Part shown: piece after piece, positions 47,670 to 57,541 of the stretch
Position numbering within the stretch: the stretch's first letter is position 1
Layout of the letters: every line of letters starts with the position of its first letter
Assembly: GCA_964543815.1 (NCBI GenBank)
Contig: CAZIZG010000001.1
Coordinates: 39,828 to 103,827 of the forward strand
DNA length: 64,000 nucleotides
Direction: 5' to 3'
Source: an uncultured Bdellovibrionales bacterium
Lineage (GTDB): Bacteria > Patescibacteriota > Minisyncoccia > Moranbacterales > UBA1568
The notes under the pieces: generated by a model
Told to the model about the DNA's origin: nothing
Database searches by the model: none
What the model saw: only the letters and a program-made list of their open reading frames with translations
Made by a program: the position numbers and the translations under genes

Positions 47670-49465
47670 AATGAGTTATCTTCCTCCAAACCCTCTGCTT
47701 CATCAAGAGCGCTTTCGGCATCGCTTCCCTGTTGCTGCCGACTAAAAAACTCCCGCCAAGTATAACGCGGTGGGGCTTTGGAATCACCACTGGGCTTCAC
47801 AACTGAAAAATCCTGTCTCTTCGCCTGTATGGCCTCGGGCTTGGGGAATAGCTCTATAGCAACCAACGTGCCAAATGAGGTTGTCTCGCCAACCGTATAA
47901 GCGGCCCGATATTTACGCAAAGCATCTTCAAGGTCAGATTGGGCACGAAGCACCAAAAAATACACTCCCTCTTGATAAATACCATCGAAACCAAGTACCG
48001 CATTCTCTATCCCGCGCCGCTCCATGAGGTATTTGAGTGCTCGGCGATACTGCGGCTCACTAAACATATACACCGGGTACTTCCCAGCTTCATACCGCCT
48101 TTCGAACATATCAACTATCTCATTCTGCTGAGCCAAAGTCACTCGAATACGATCTTTCAAAATACGATCCGGTGCACTGTCGATTGCCTCCGTCGAGGCG
48201 CGCCCGAGTTCACTGTAGCGCCCCGATACGGTATCAAGATTTGAAACCACACAGAATCCCACTACGAAAAGTGCCAGTATTCGACCTATGCGCTGAGAAC
48301 CACAGAGACGACCAAGCTGCAAAAACAGGAAACCAAGAAATATCGGAAAAATCAAACCGGAGAGGAGAAAGAAACGTGGGGCGAACCCATACGAAAGAGG
48401 TATAAACAATATAAATGTTACCAAAAACCATAGGCCAACGAGCAACAAAAAATCTCGTTTGCGCCCCTGCTCTTCCCGCCACCAGAGAATCAAATAGGAA
48501 ACGAGGGCACAGAAAAACACGAGGGCTGCTGCCACGCCATACCATTTCCCCAGATCGCACTTCTCGTTGCAGCCATACACAACCCAACCATCACGCCATT
48601 CGAAAATAGGGAAAGTACCTCGCTCAAACCCAGTCACTATCACCAGCGCCCCCAGAACATGCTCCGAACCATTACGCAATACTTTTTCAATCAAGGGATG
48701 ATTTTCTTTAGTGGATTTCTCAGTAATAGCATGAAAAAACTCTTGGGTATTGCGGCCACCGGTCTCATACTCATTGAGAGCCATAGGAAGATAAAGGAGG
48801 GCAACCATCATACAAACCCCCACCCAGATACCAAAAGAGAAGCGAGGACGCTTCAAAAGAAGAAAAGCAATGGTAATCGCCGGAAGAGCAAGAAAGGCCA
48901 GGAAGTGAGCGTGTGTCGAGAGCGTCAGAGCAAATACTGCTCCCAAAAACCAGCGGCCACGATGGACCTCAGCATGATCAACGCTGCGCAAAAGGGCATA
49001 GAAACCAATGATAACAAAAAAGGGAAGAATATTTGGATTCCACGCAAAGCGCCCATACATAACGAAAAAGGCCGAGGTCGAGACAAGCATCGTAAGCAGG
49101 AATGAGTAGTACCACGAAAAATACCTTCGAACGAAAAAGAAAAATACCGGTAGCGTGAAGACTGAAAGCCACATCACGAAAGTGGCCAATCCTGCTGGAG
49201 TAGCACCAAAAAGTAAGCCGCTCAGGTATTCGAGATAATAAAATCCCGGAGCGAGGCGAAGGTATGTCCCGCCAGCCTTGGGACCGAGAAGGGTCAATTC
49301 CCCTGGCCCACCAACCAAAGCGTCGTCTATAACCCGAGCATCACGAGCCTGATCAAGTTCGAAATGCAACCATGACTCAAAATGGTACGATCGCAGAAAA
49401 AACCCGAGGAGAATAACCCCGACAAGGAGAACGATTTTTATCCGAGATGGTGCGGTAAGATTCAC
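47666..49465 (-). CDS. GT-C membrane glycosyltransferase (PMT/ArnT-like) with an acidic C-terminal tail
   Basis: First-loop 'HFELDQARDA', more than 11 TMs. Its stop overlaps the start of the downstream gene. Confidence 0.7.
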   Translation of the reverse strand: MNLTAPSRIKIVLLVGVILLGFFLRSYHFESWLHFELDQARDARVIDDALVGGPGELTLLGPKAGGTYLRLAPGFYYLEYLSGLLFGATPAGLATFVMWLSVFTLPVFFFFVRRYFSWYYSFLLTMLVSTSAFFVMYGRFAWNPNILPFFVIIGFYALLRSVDHAEVHRGRWFLGAVFALTLSTHAHFLAFLALPAITIAFLLLKRPRFSFGIWVGVCMMVALLYLPMALNEYETGGRNTQEFFHAITEKSTKENHPLIEKVLRNGSEHVLGALVIVTGFERGTFPIFEWRDGWVVYGCNEKCDLGKWYGVAAALVFFCALVSYLILWWREEQGRKRDFLLLVGLWFLVTFILFIPLSYGFAPRFFLLSGLIFPIFLGFLFLQLGRLCGSQRIGRILALFVVGFCVVSNLDTVSGRYSELGRASTEAIDSAPDRILKDRIRVTLAQQNEIVDMFERRYEAGKYPVYMFSEPQYRRALKYLMERRGIENAVLGFDGIYQEGVYFLVLRAQSDLEDALRKYRAAYTVGETTSFGTLVAIELFPKPEAIQAKRQDFSVVKPSGDSKAPPRYTWREFFSRQQQGSDAESALDEAEGLEEDNSL

Positions 49466-49535
49466 TTCCTTTTTTTACTTATTTGCACTACAATACAGGA
49501 GAAAAGTGAGCTATTTTCCTTTATTTTAGGATATT

Positions 49536-51833
49536 ATGGAATCAAAGACAAGCGCCTGGCAAGATTTTTTTTCTGACACGGCTCATCGTGTTTTTTCGTT
49601 TTTATCATTCTGTATTGCTATCGCCGTCCTCCTGTTTATATCACCCCAAAGCAAGTCACTTTCCTTGCTTCAATTTGGCATCTCAAACGACACGTTCTAC
49701 GTTTCTTTCCTCGTCCTCGGGATATTGACAGCTGGGGCAATCACTTATTTTGCTCAATCGTTCCAATGGCAACAGCACCTAAAGCATTTCCTCCTCATCA
49801 CCCTCCCTGGCGCCCTCATCCTTGCCTATGGCCTCTCGGAATCCAAAAACTTTCACTATATATTTATTATTTCCCTTGGGTCATACTCCATCCTTTCTGG
49901 CTTCCTCTTGTGTAAAATCTTTCTCGACAAAGAACGTCTTATCAACGAACCGGACGCGGAATCACTCACCATGAAACAGTGGATTCGCGCCCAAGGTCTT
50001 CCAACCCTACTTACGGTTGTCTTTGCCACCGGTCTCTTTTTTTCGTTTGGCATGCACCGCCTCACTCAGTATGCGGCTGTTGACGAACCCCTCTGGTTCG
50101 ATGGTCGCATCAGTAAATACTGGAAAAATATTGGGGAACGCGATTGGCGTGGTACCAACATAAGCGACAAACCCGGTATCACCGTAGCGCTCGCCACCGG
50201 CCCAGGACTCTGGTTCAAGACGACCAAAGACTATAAGACTATTCACAGTGGCGGCGAAGTTATCAGTCTCAAAAACGACGTAGAAAGCTTTTATCTCGCC
50301 TATCGTTTACCGCTCCTTATCGTCATTACTCTCCTTCTGCCTCTTTTCTACTTTTTTCTCGAACGACTCCTCGGAAAACGAAATGCTTTATTTTCCTACG
50401 TCCTCATTGCTACCTCGCCGATTCTTATCGGCATGTCCAAAATTATCAATCCCGACGCCCTCCTTTGGCTCTTTACCCCACTTTCACTTATCTCCTATCT
50501 CGTATTTTTACGACGAAAATCATTTCGCTACCTTATCTTTTCTGGTATTTTTCTTGGCCTCGCTCTCCTTACCAAATATGTCGCTAACATCCTTTTTGTT
50601 TTCTTCTTAGGCCTCATCTTTCTCGAATACCTCTATTATCCCAAACATATCGCCATTCCTTTTGCGATCTACCTCAAAAAGTCCCTGCAATACCTCCTCG
50701 TTCTGACCTTTACCGCCCTTACTACTTTTTACCTCCTTTTTCCGGCTGTCTGGGTAAAGCCCTACAAGGTACTCACCTCGACCCTCTTCAGTCAGGCCTT
50801 TGCTAAGGTGGCGCCACTTTTTGCTATTATTATTACGCTCATACTTCTCGATCAATGGTGGAATAAATCTCGTATCACCACGACACTCATCACCCTACTC
50901 AGGGAATACGCCAAACAATCTCTCGCAATCGGCATAGGGGCTATTTTTTTCCTTTCGCTTTTTGTAACAGCCGGTAACAGCATACTTGGCATGCCGCTCT
51001 ATGACTTCCCCAGCCTTCTTTCCTCGCCCAAAACCATCGCCGGCCAAAGTGATTTCATTGGTATTTTTCTCACCAATTTCTACCCTCTTGTTTTCGGAGT
51101 AACCCCGATTGTTTTCCTGGCTCTTTTCGCCGCCCCCTTATTTCTCCTCAAAAAACAGTGGGGTGAATCAGTCACCTTTCGGACTATTTTCTACCTTATT
51201 ATTTTCATCCTGCTCTACTATCTTGGTAGCACTGTCAATAATGTGGCAGCCATTGTCCGCTACCAGATTATTCTCTTTCCACTTGCGGCCATCATCGGGG
51301 GGATTGTTCTCGAACACGCCCTTATGTATTTGCACAAAAAGCTAAAACTTCACAATGCACCAACACCGGTCTTGGCTGCCAGTCTCCTCATTATTCTCGG
51401 TGTCCTCACTCTTCTTACCACTCCCTTCCCGCTCTCATATGCCTCCTCGTTTCTCTCAGCCAAATATCATACTGACGTCAAAGATATGGGCGCTGGCAGT
51501 TATGAAGTAGCCCAATATCTCAATAAACTACCCGATGCTAAAAATATGCTCATCTGGACCGACAAAGACGGTGTGTGCAAATTCTTCGTCGGCAACTGCT
51601 CTCGCGGCCGCAATTACACCATGCTTCGAGAGCGTGGACTTGACTACATCGTTGTCTCAGCTGGTCGAGAAAGTCGAACGACCAAAATGATGGGCGGCGA
51701 CATCGCCAATAATCGCCCCGGGATTATTCGTTTCGACCAGTATTACGGAAGGACCACTCCAGTCTATGAAATTGATATCAATGGCCGTACCTCTCACTAC
51801 GTCAAAGTTTTCCGCTTTCTCGGAGACCAGTGA
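49536..51833 (+). CDS. GT-C-like large membrane glycosyltransferase
   Basis: 765 aa. 'YAAVDEPLWFDGR' loop motif and about 14 TMs. Confidence 0.65.
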   Translation: MESKTSAWQDFFSDTAHRVFSFLSFCIAIAVLLFISPQSKSLSLLQFGISNDTFYVSFLVLGILTAGAITYFAQSFQWQQHLKHFLLITLPGALILAYGLSESKNFHYIFIISLGSYSILSGFLLCKIFLDKERLINEPDAESLTMKQWIRAQGLPTLLTVVFATGLFFSFGMHRLTQYAAVDEPLWFDGRISKYWKNIGERDWRGTNISDKPGITVALATGPGLWFKTTKDYKTIHSGGEVISLKNDVESFYLAYRLPLLIVITLLLPLFYFFLERLLGKRNALFSYVLIATSPILIGMSKIINPDALLWLFTPLSLISYLVFLRRKSFRYLIFSGIFLGLALLTKYVANILFVFFLGLIFLEYLYYPKHIAIPFAIYLKKSLQYLLVLTFTALTTFYLLFPAVWVKPYKVLTSTLFSQAFAKVAPLFAIIITLILLDQWWNKSRITTTLITLLREYAKQSLAIGIGAIFFLSLFVTAGNSILGMPLYDFPSLLSSPKTIAGQSDFIGIFLTNFYPLVFGVTPIVFLALFAAPLFLLKKQWGESVTFRTIFYLIIFILLYYLGSTVNNVAAIVRYQIILFPLAAIIGGIVLEHALMYLHKKLKLHNAPTPVLAASLLIILGVLTLLTTPFPLSYASSFLSAKYHTDVKDMGAGSYEVAQYLNKLPDAKNMLIWTDKDGVCKFFVGNCSRGRNYTMLRERGLDYIVVSAGRESRTTKMMGGDIANNRPGIIRFDQYYGRTTPVYEIDINGRTSHYVKVFRFLGDQ

Positions 51834-51898
51834 TACTTGACGATACGTCACAAAAAGAGCATAGATAGAGGTATCGAAGCCCTGAAACGGAGGTCACG

Positions 51899-52129
51899 AT
51901 GTGGTATCGCATACCGGTAAGTGGTCACCACAATGGCCACCAGCTCACGGCCGCTTTCGTTCATGCCGAAAGCGTCCTCGAAGCGGGACAGAAACTCATC
52001 GATGCCGTCGATATGGACCCTTCAGTTCGGGACCTGGAGATCATGCCTGATGAGCTCACTGTCGTCGATCGGCCCCCTGAATTGACAGGCACGCAGGAAA
52101 TCCTCTTTGAGGAAGACTTGCTCCACTAG
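51899..52129 (+). CDS. small acidic GC-rich protein (mini-gene)
   Basis: GGAGG 5 nt before the ATG. 76 aa. Its own terminator follows. Confidence 0.4.
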   Translation: MWYRIPVSGHHNGHQLTAAFVHAESVLEAGQKLIDAVDMDPSVRDLEIMPDELTVVDRPPELTGTQEILFEEDLLH

Positions 52130-52133
52130 TCAC

Positions 52134-52169
52134 CAGATTCCCCCAGCGCGGAGAATCTGTTTTTATTTT
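52134..52169 (+). terminator. Rho-independent terminator
   Basis: Stem CAGATTC/GAATCTG followed by TTTTTATTTT. Confidence 0.5.
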
Positions 52170-53107
52170 CCTTCAACATTCTTTTTCTCACGCGTACTCA
52201 AGTACTGTGGTAAAGCAATGAAAGAAAGGAACATCTGGATGAAACGCGACAGGAGAGCCGCTGTTACCGCCATTTCTACCGACACTCCGATGAGCCCAAA
52301 AAACGCCACATACGCCCATTCCTTGATACCAATATTGTTAATAGAAATAGGAATACTCGATACCACCGCTACAAGCAAAATAGCAGCCAAAAAAGGCAGA
52401 AAGGCTATTGTGCTCCCCAAAGCATGAAAAAGCGTATAATTGGAAAGTCCTAAGCCAAAGAAGATAAACAGTGCTGACCATACACTGGTTCGGAACCAAA
52501 CGTGTTTCTTGGTATAGAAAATTATTTCTTCGAGAAGTCGGCGCACTTTTTGAAAAGAAATCCGTGCAACAAATCCTTGAAACCACGTCTGGCAGTAGAG
52601 ATACGTAATAATAAAATCAACCACGAGGAAGGCAGAGAGAACAAGCAATGTTATGGAAAGCGGTAAACTCTCGTGTATATGATCCCACAGGGTAAAGCTG
52701 AGGAAGAGCGCTAAAAGAGCTGTCGTCCACAACCCGATGAAGCGATCAAATACCACCGTCGAAAGCGAAGCGGCCTTGGCCCCAGAACGCTTGGCGAGCC
52801 ACAGCCCACGATAAGCGTCTCCCCCAATAGTCGAAGGTAAAAAATTATTGATAAAGGCCCCCGTCATGTAGGTAAAAAAAGCTTCTCTCAAAGTGAAGTG
52901 AAGTTCTTTATACGAAGCAATAATCTGCCACTTACGAGCCGATATGACATTTCCAATGAGCTGAAAGACAATATACAGCCCGAGAAGCGGCCAGGAAACC
53001 TCGGAGAGCTCTTGACGCACCCCTCCCCAGTCCACTCGCTCAATGAGCCAAAAAACCAGCCCCAACGTCACCAGTATTTTCCCGAGTGTTAAAAGTCTCT
53101 TTTTCAT
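52163..53107 (-). CDS. UPF0104/LPG-synthase-TM flippase-like membrane protein
   Basis: 'LGKILVTLGLVFWLI...ISARKWQII...GAFINNFLPSTIGGDAYR' is typical of PF03706. Confidence 0.6.
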   Translation of the reverse strand: MKKRLLTLGKILVTLGLVFWLIERVDWGGVRQELSEVSWPLLGLYIVFQLIGNVISARKWQIIASYKELHFTLREAFFTYMTGAFINNFLPSTIGGDAYRGLWLAKRSGAKAASLSTVVFDRFIGLWTTALLALFLSFTLWDHIHESLPLSITLLVLSAFLVVDFIITYLYCQTWFQGFVARISFQKVRRLLEEIIFYTKKHVWFRTSVWSALFIFFGLGLSNYTLFHALGSTIAFLPFLAAILLVAVVSSIPISINNIGIKEWAYVAFFGLIGVSVEMAVTAALLSRFIQMFLSFIALPQYLSTREKKNVEGK

Positions 53108-54279
53108 ACCAAATCTTTCCTTCTATTTTTCTCGAGTATTTTTTTGAAATCAAGCGCTACTTTTTCCCAACTCATTTGGAGAGCTCGTTCACGACTGGCT
53201 ACACCAAAGCTCTGTACTTTCTCCGGGTGAGTGAGAAATACCTCGAGGATATTCGCAATGGCTGCCCCGGATTCATAGGGTATGATGAAACCGTTCTTCC
53301 CTTCTTCGATCAATTCCACTGCTCCACCTGTTGGTGTCATTACTGCAGGCAGTCCACAGGCCAATGCTTCCAAGAGGGCGTTGCTCATCCCCTCATTAAA
53401 CGATGGCAGGACAAAAAGTGAGGCTTCCTGATAATACCGGGTTGTCTCCTCTCGTGGCACCCGACCAACGAACTCCACCCTGTCTTCTACATGAAGCTCC
53501 TTTACCAGAGCATCAAGAAGTGCCCGCTCATTCCCATCACTATCACCAAGAATCTTGAGACGTAGTTTAGGAAAGCGTGGCGCAAGTATGGATACTGCTT
53601 CAACAAGATACCGGAGACCCTTGCGACTCGTCACCCGTGAGGCTCCGGGAGTGATAATAAATTCTTCTCCCCGCTTTTCTGGGGCAGGAAAAAACCGCTC
53701 TGTATCAATGCCGTTAAAGATAATATCAATTGGCTGTTTCGGCGCCGTTACGAGAGCGAGATCTTTCAATCCCTGACTGTTCGGTACGACTGAAGACGCC
53801 TGACTCCAAATAAGGCGGATAAGTGGCCGGATAAAAACATAGAGCGTGCTGTACTTGGCACTATACCCCGGCACATCAGAGCCCCGAAGTGACACCACGT
53901 AGGGAAGACCGAATCTCCACTTGAGAAGCAGAGCGAGAAATCCACAGGGTACTCCAAAAAATGCTAGTGTGGCATCAAAAGGACTATCCTTTTCTCGTTT
54001 CGCTAGTCGCCAAGAAAAGAGAAAGGCTTTCGCGCTATACATGACGATATCCCGAAGCGATTGCGAATGAAGTTTCTCTGGATTCTTGCCAATCGGAAGG
54101 CGATGAATATAGACTCGGCCACCTAATTGAATTTCTTCTGCCGTTCTCCCCTGTGCTGAAGTCACCAGATGAACCTCCATGTCAGGCATCTTTACATACT
54201 CCGAAAGAAGTTGTGCCGTCGCATTGGCTGCCCCACCACCAAGCGGTGGGTACTCATAATTCAGAAAAAGAATTTTCAT
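53104..54279 (-). CDS. glycosyltransferase family 1 (GT4)
   Basis: 'LPSFNEGMSNALLEALACGLPAVMT'. Confidence 0.8.
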   Translation of the reverse strand: MKILFLNYEYPPLGGGAANATAQLLSEYVKMPDMEVHLVTSAQGRTAEEIQLGGRVYIHRLPIGKNPEKLHSQSLRDIVMYSAKAFLFSWRLAKREKDSPFDATLAFFGVPCGFLALLLKWRFGLPYVVSLRGSDVPGYSAKYSTLYVFIRPLIRLIWSQASSVVPNSQGLKDLALVTAPKQPIDIIFNGIDTERFFPAPEKRGEEFIITPGASRVTSRKGLRYLVEAVSILAPRFPKLRLKILGDSDGNERALLDALVKELHVEDRVEFVGRVPREETTRYYQEASLFVLPSFNEGMSNALLEALACGLPAVMTPTGGAVELIEEGKNGFIIPYESGAAIANILEVFLTHPEKVQSFGVASRERALQMSWEKVALDFKKILEKNRRKDLV

Positions 54280-54281
54280 AC

Positions 54282-55592
54282 CTAAACACCGATGCCAAAA
54301 TAAGTGAAGCCATGTGCTTCAGCCTCAGAACGTTCGAGGACATTGCGTCCATCATAGATAGCATTCCCCTTCATGAGTTTCTTCAGGTCTTTGTAGTCAA
54401 CCACTCGGAACTCATCCCATTCCGTGGCAATAACCAAGGCATCAACACCCTTCAAGGCATCAAGCGCCTTCTTGGTATAAGTTAAATTCTTATGTTGCAG
54501 AATCTTTTTGGTATTGGCCATAGCCACTGGGTCAAAAGCCCGTACCTTACACCCCTCTTCGAGAAAAAGCTTAATATTCTCAATACCTGGCGCCTCGCGC
54601 GTATCATCCGTCCGCGGCTTAAACGATAGTCCCCACACAGCGACGGTTTTGTCTTTAAACTTATTACCGAATACTTCTTTCAATTTGATAAAAGGCTTGA
54701 TACGCTGCGCTTCGTTCACTTCGCTTACCGTTTCAATAATACGGAAATGAGAATTATATTCCCGGCCAGTTTCGATAAACGCTTTCACGTCCTTAGGAAA
54801 ACACGACCCACCATACCCGATACCAGCATAAAGAAAACGCTCACCGATGCGATTGTCATAACCAAGACCCTTCGCCACTTCCTTGACGTTCCCACCGGCC
54901 ACATCGCAGAAATTCGCCACTTCGTTAATAAACGTAATCTTCATGGCAAGAAAGGCATTGGCGGCATATTTGATAATTTCAGCGCTTCGCACATCCGTGA
55001 AAAGTATCGGGCGACCATTCCTAGCAATCGGCCGGTAGATTTGCTCCATCATTTTCCGAGCCCTTTCCGATTTCACTCCGAGTACCACCCGGTCCGGATT
55101 CTGAAAATCTTTGACCGCGGCACCCTCTCGCAAAAATTCCGGATTTGATACCACTTCAAACGGATGCTTTCCCTTTGAAGCCTGTTTGATAATTTCTTCC
55201 ACCTTCTCGGCTGTACCAACCGGTACCGTTGATTTATCAACGAAAAGCTTGAAGCCATTCAAGTGCTTCCCGAAAGTTTCCGCCACCGAAAAAACATACT
55301 GGAGGTCAGCCTGACCAGTCACTTTATCCTCGGGTGTCCCAACGGCCATGAACACCACTTCTGATTCTTGGATGGATTTCTTCAAGTCAGTAGTAAAGGT
55401 GAGACGTCCTTCTCTGACGTTACGCTCCACGATTTCTTCAAGTCCAATTTCGTAAATAGGAATAATCCCCTTCTTGAGCAAGGCAATCTTTTTTTTATCA
55501 ATATCGGCACAGATAACCTCGTGACCAATTTCTGCCAAACAAGCACCCGATACAAGACCAACATACCCTGTTCCCAGGAAAGTAACTTTCAT
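54282..55592 (-). CDS. ugd: UDP-glucose 6-dehydrogenase
   Basis: 'KVTFLGTGYVGLVSGACLA' and catalytic 'GYGGSCFPKD'. Confidence 0.85.
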   Translation of the reverse strand: MKVTFLGTGYVGLVSGACLAEIGHEVICADIDKKKIALLKKGIIPIYEIGLEEIVERNVREGRLTFTTDLKKSIQESEVVFMAVGTPEDKVTGQADLQYVFSVAETFGKHLNGFKLFVDKSTVPVGTAEKVEEIIKQASKGKHPFEVVSNPEFLREGAAVKDFQNPDRVVLGVKSERARKMMEQIYRPIARNGRPILFTDVRSAEIIKYAANAFLAMKITFINEVANFCDVAGGNVKEVAKGLGYDNRIGERFLYAGIGYGGSCFPKDVKAFIETGREYNSHFRIIETVSEVNEAQRIKPFIKLKEVFGNKFKDKTVAVWGLSFKPRTDDTREAPGIENIKLFLEEGCKVRAFDPVAMANTKKILQHKNLTYTKKALDALKGVDALVIATEWDEFRVVDYKDLKKLMKGNAIYDGRNVLERSEAEAHGFTYFGIGV

Positions 55593-55614
55593 ACCAGTAT
55601 AGTTAGAAACTTAT

Positions 55615-56556
55615 CTACTGCTCACGAACCTCCCGCACGTTGTAATTCATGCGATGACGAACCTGATAGTAGTTACGAACGGAAATATCGGCCAAAAGAC
55701 CGGAAATAAAGAGCTGGACTCCAACGAGAGTGAAGAAAATTCCCACGAGTGGCCAGATGCGCTCAGAGAGTGAGGCTCCAAAGTAAAGCTTTTCTATGAG
55801 CATCCAGACGAGAATCGCGACACCGACACTCGACAAAACAACACCTGTCGCCCCAAAAAGATGGAGCGGCCGGTGAGAATACTTACGCCAGAACCAAATA
55901 GACACCATATCGACGAAACCTTTGAATCCGCGCTTCCAGTTGTATTTGGTTACGCCATGAATACGAGGGTGATGGGAAACCTTAACCTCCCCTACTTTGT
56001 ATCCTTCAAGCTCGAGAATAGCAGGGATAAAGCGATGCATTTCACCAAAGAGGTCCACATCCGCAAAACAAGTGCGCTTATAGGCCTTGAGACTACAACC
56101 AGAATCATGGATGTTGTCCTGGATAAGCACCTTGCGGAGAGCATTCGCGATGCGAGACGGAATCTTCTTACTCCATGGGTCCTGACGTTTGTGACGCCAA
56201 CCCGATACCACATCATAGCCTTCGGCCATCTTGTCGAGGAGAAGCGGGATATCAGCTGGATCATTCTGAAGGTCGCCATCGAGAGTAATGATAATCTCAC
56301 CCTCTGCCGCTTTGAACCCCGCATCAAAAGCCGCTGTCTGGCCGAAGTTCTTACGAAACACGATGAGCTTGAGCGGAGAAAGCCCCTTGGTCTCCTCGAG
56401 CGTTTTGTCCTTTGAGCCGTCATCTACAAAGATAATCTCAAACGGCCGACTAATTTTTTCGGCCGCCTCACGAATTTTTCGATGGAGTTCCGCCACGTTT
56501 CCTTCCTCATTGTACAGAGGAACGACTATCGAGAGGTATGGGGTATTTTCAGACAT
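55615..56556 (-). CDS. GT2 polyprenyl-phosphate glycosyltransferase (GtrB/ArnC-like)
   Basis: 'LSIVVPLYNEE', 'VDDGSKD', 'LDGDLQND' and C-terminal TMs. Start set at internal 'MSENTP'. Confidence 0.8.
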   Translation of the reverse strand: MSENTPYLSIVVPLYNEEGNVAELHRKIREAAEKISRPFEIIFVDDGSKDKTLEETKGLSPLKLIVFRKNFGQTAAFDAGFKAAEGEIIITLDGDLQNDPADIPLLLDKMAEGYDVVSGWRHKRQDPWSKKIPSRIANALRKVLIQDNIHDSGCSLKAYKRTCFADVDLFGEMHRFIPAILELEGYKVGEVKVSHHPRIHGVTKYNWKRGFKGFVDMVSIWFWRKYSHRPLHLFGATGVVLSSVGVAILVWMLIEKLYFGASLSERIWPLVGIFFTLVGVQLFISGLLADISVRNYYQVRHRMNYNVREVREQ

Positions 56557-56611
56557 AGAAAGTCTATATAACAAAGCCAGGATAGCAGAAAAATGACGTT
56601 CTGCCAAACCC

Positions 56612-57541
56612 CTATTTGAGGCGTTTGAGCTGCCGTTCAAATGACTCCTGATCCGAGCGATTGAGCGCATCCAGAATAAGCGCATTGGAAAAAGTCATCA
56701 GCGAAAGCACCATAAGACCCGAAGCCAAGATAGCCGAGGGCACTTTGGCAATATAGCGTGTCTCTAGAAACTCTATGATAACAGGCAATCCCACTGCCAC
56801 CCCTGAGAGGAACAGTCCCAACGCAATCAGACTGAAATAGCGAAGCGGGTGAAGAAACCGGTACAGATTGAAGATAGTGAGGATAACCCGAGCACCGTCT
56901 CGATAGGTATTAAGCTTTGAAATACTTCCAGCTGGACGATCACGATATTCAATTGGCACTTCAACAATACGAAAACGCCGATTGAGGGCAAAGATGGTCA
57001 TATCCGTTTCAATTTGAAATCCATCAGAAAGTGCTGGGTACATGGCGACAAAGCGGCGGGAAAACACCCGATAGCCACTCATGATATCACAGAGTTTCGT
57101 ATGATACAGACGATTAATCAGAAAAAGTACTAAGGCATTACCAAATTCATGAAATCCCCGTTTGTTCTCTTTGGCATACGTCCCGTTCGACAATCGATCC
57201 CCCACTACCATATCACTCCCACCCTGAGCAAATTCCAAGAGCCCCTGTACCTGTTCAGCCGGGTAGGTATCATCTCCATCCACCAGGACATACCAGTCTG
57301 CCTTGATATCCCGAAACATGGAACGTACCACATTGCCCTTCCCTTGCCTTGGTTCATGCCGCACTATCGCCCCGGCTCTCTGCGCCTTCTCAGCCGTCTC
57401 GTCACTCGAACAATTGTCATACACATATACCTGTGCCTCGGGAAGCACTCGCCGAAAATCTGCTACTACCTTATCGATAGTAGCTGCCTCGTTGTAGCAC
57501 GGGATGAGTACGGCTATAGAATTTAACGGCATACTCATCAT
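56612..57541 (-). CDS. GT2 polyprenyl-phosphate glycosyltransferase (GtrB/DPM-like)
   Basis: 'IAVLIPCYNE', 'VYDNCSSD', 'VDGDDTYP' and C-terminal TMs. Confidence 0.8.
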   Translation of the reverse strand: MMSMPLNSIAVLIPCYNEAATIDKVVADFRRVLPEAQVYVYDNCSSDETAEKAQRAGAIVRHEPRQGKGNVVRSMFRDIKADWYVLVDGDDTYPAEQVQGLLEFAQGGSDMVVGDRLSNGTYAKENKRGFHEFGNALVLFLINRLYHTKLCDIMSGYRVFSRRFVAMYPALSDGFQIETDMTIFALNRRFRIVEVPIEYRDRPAGSISKLNTYRDGARVILTIFNLYRFLHPLRYFSLIALGLFLSGVAVGLPVIIEFLETRYIAKVPSAILASGLMVLSLMTFSNALILDALNRSDQESFERQLKRLK

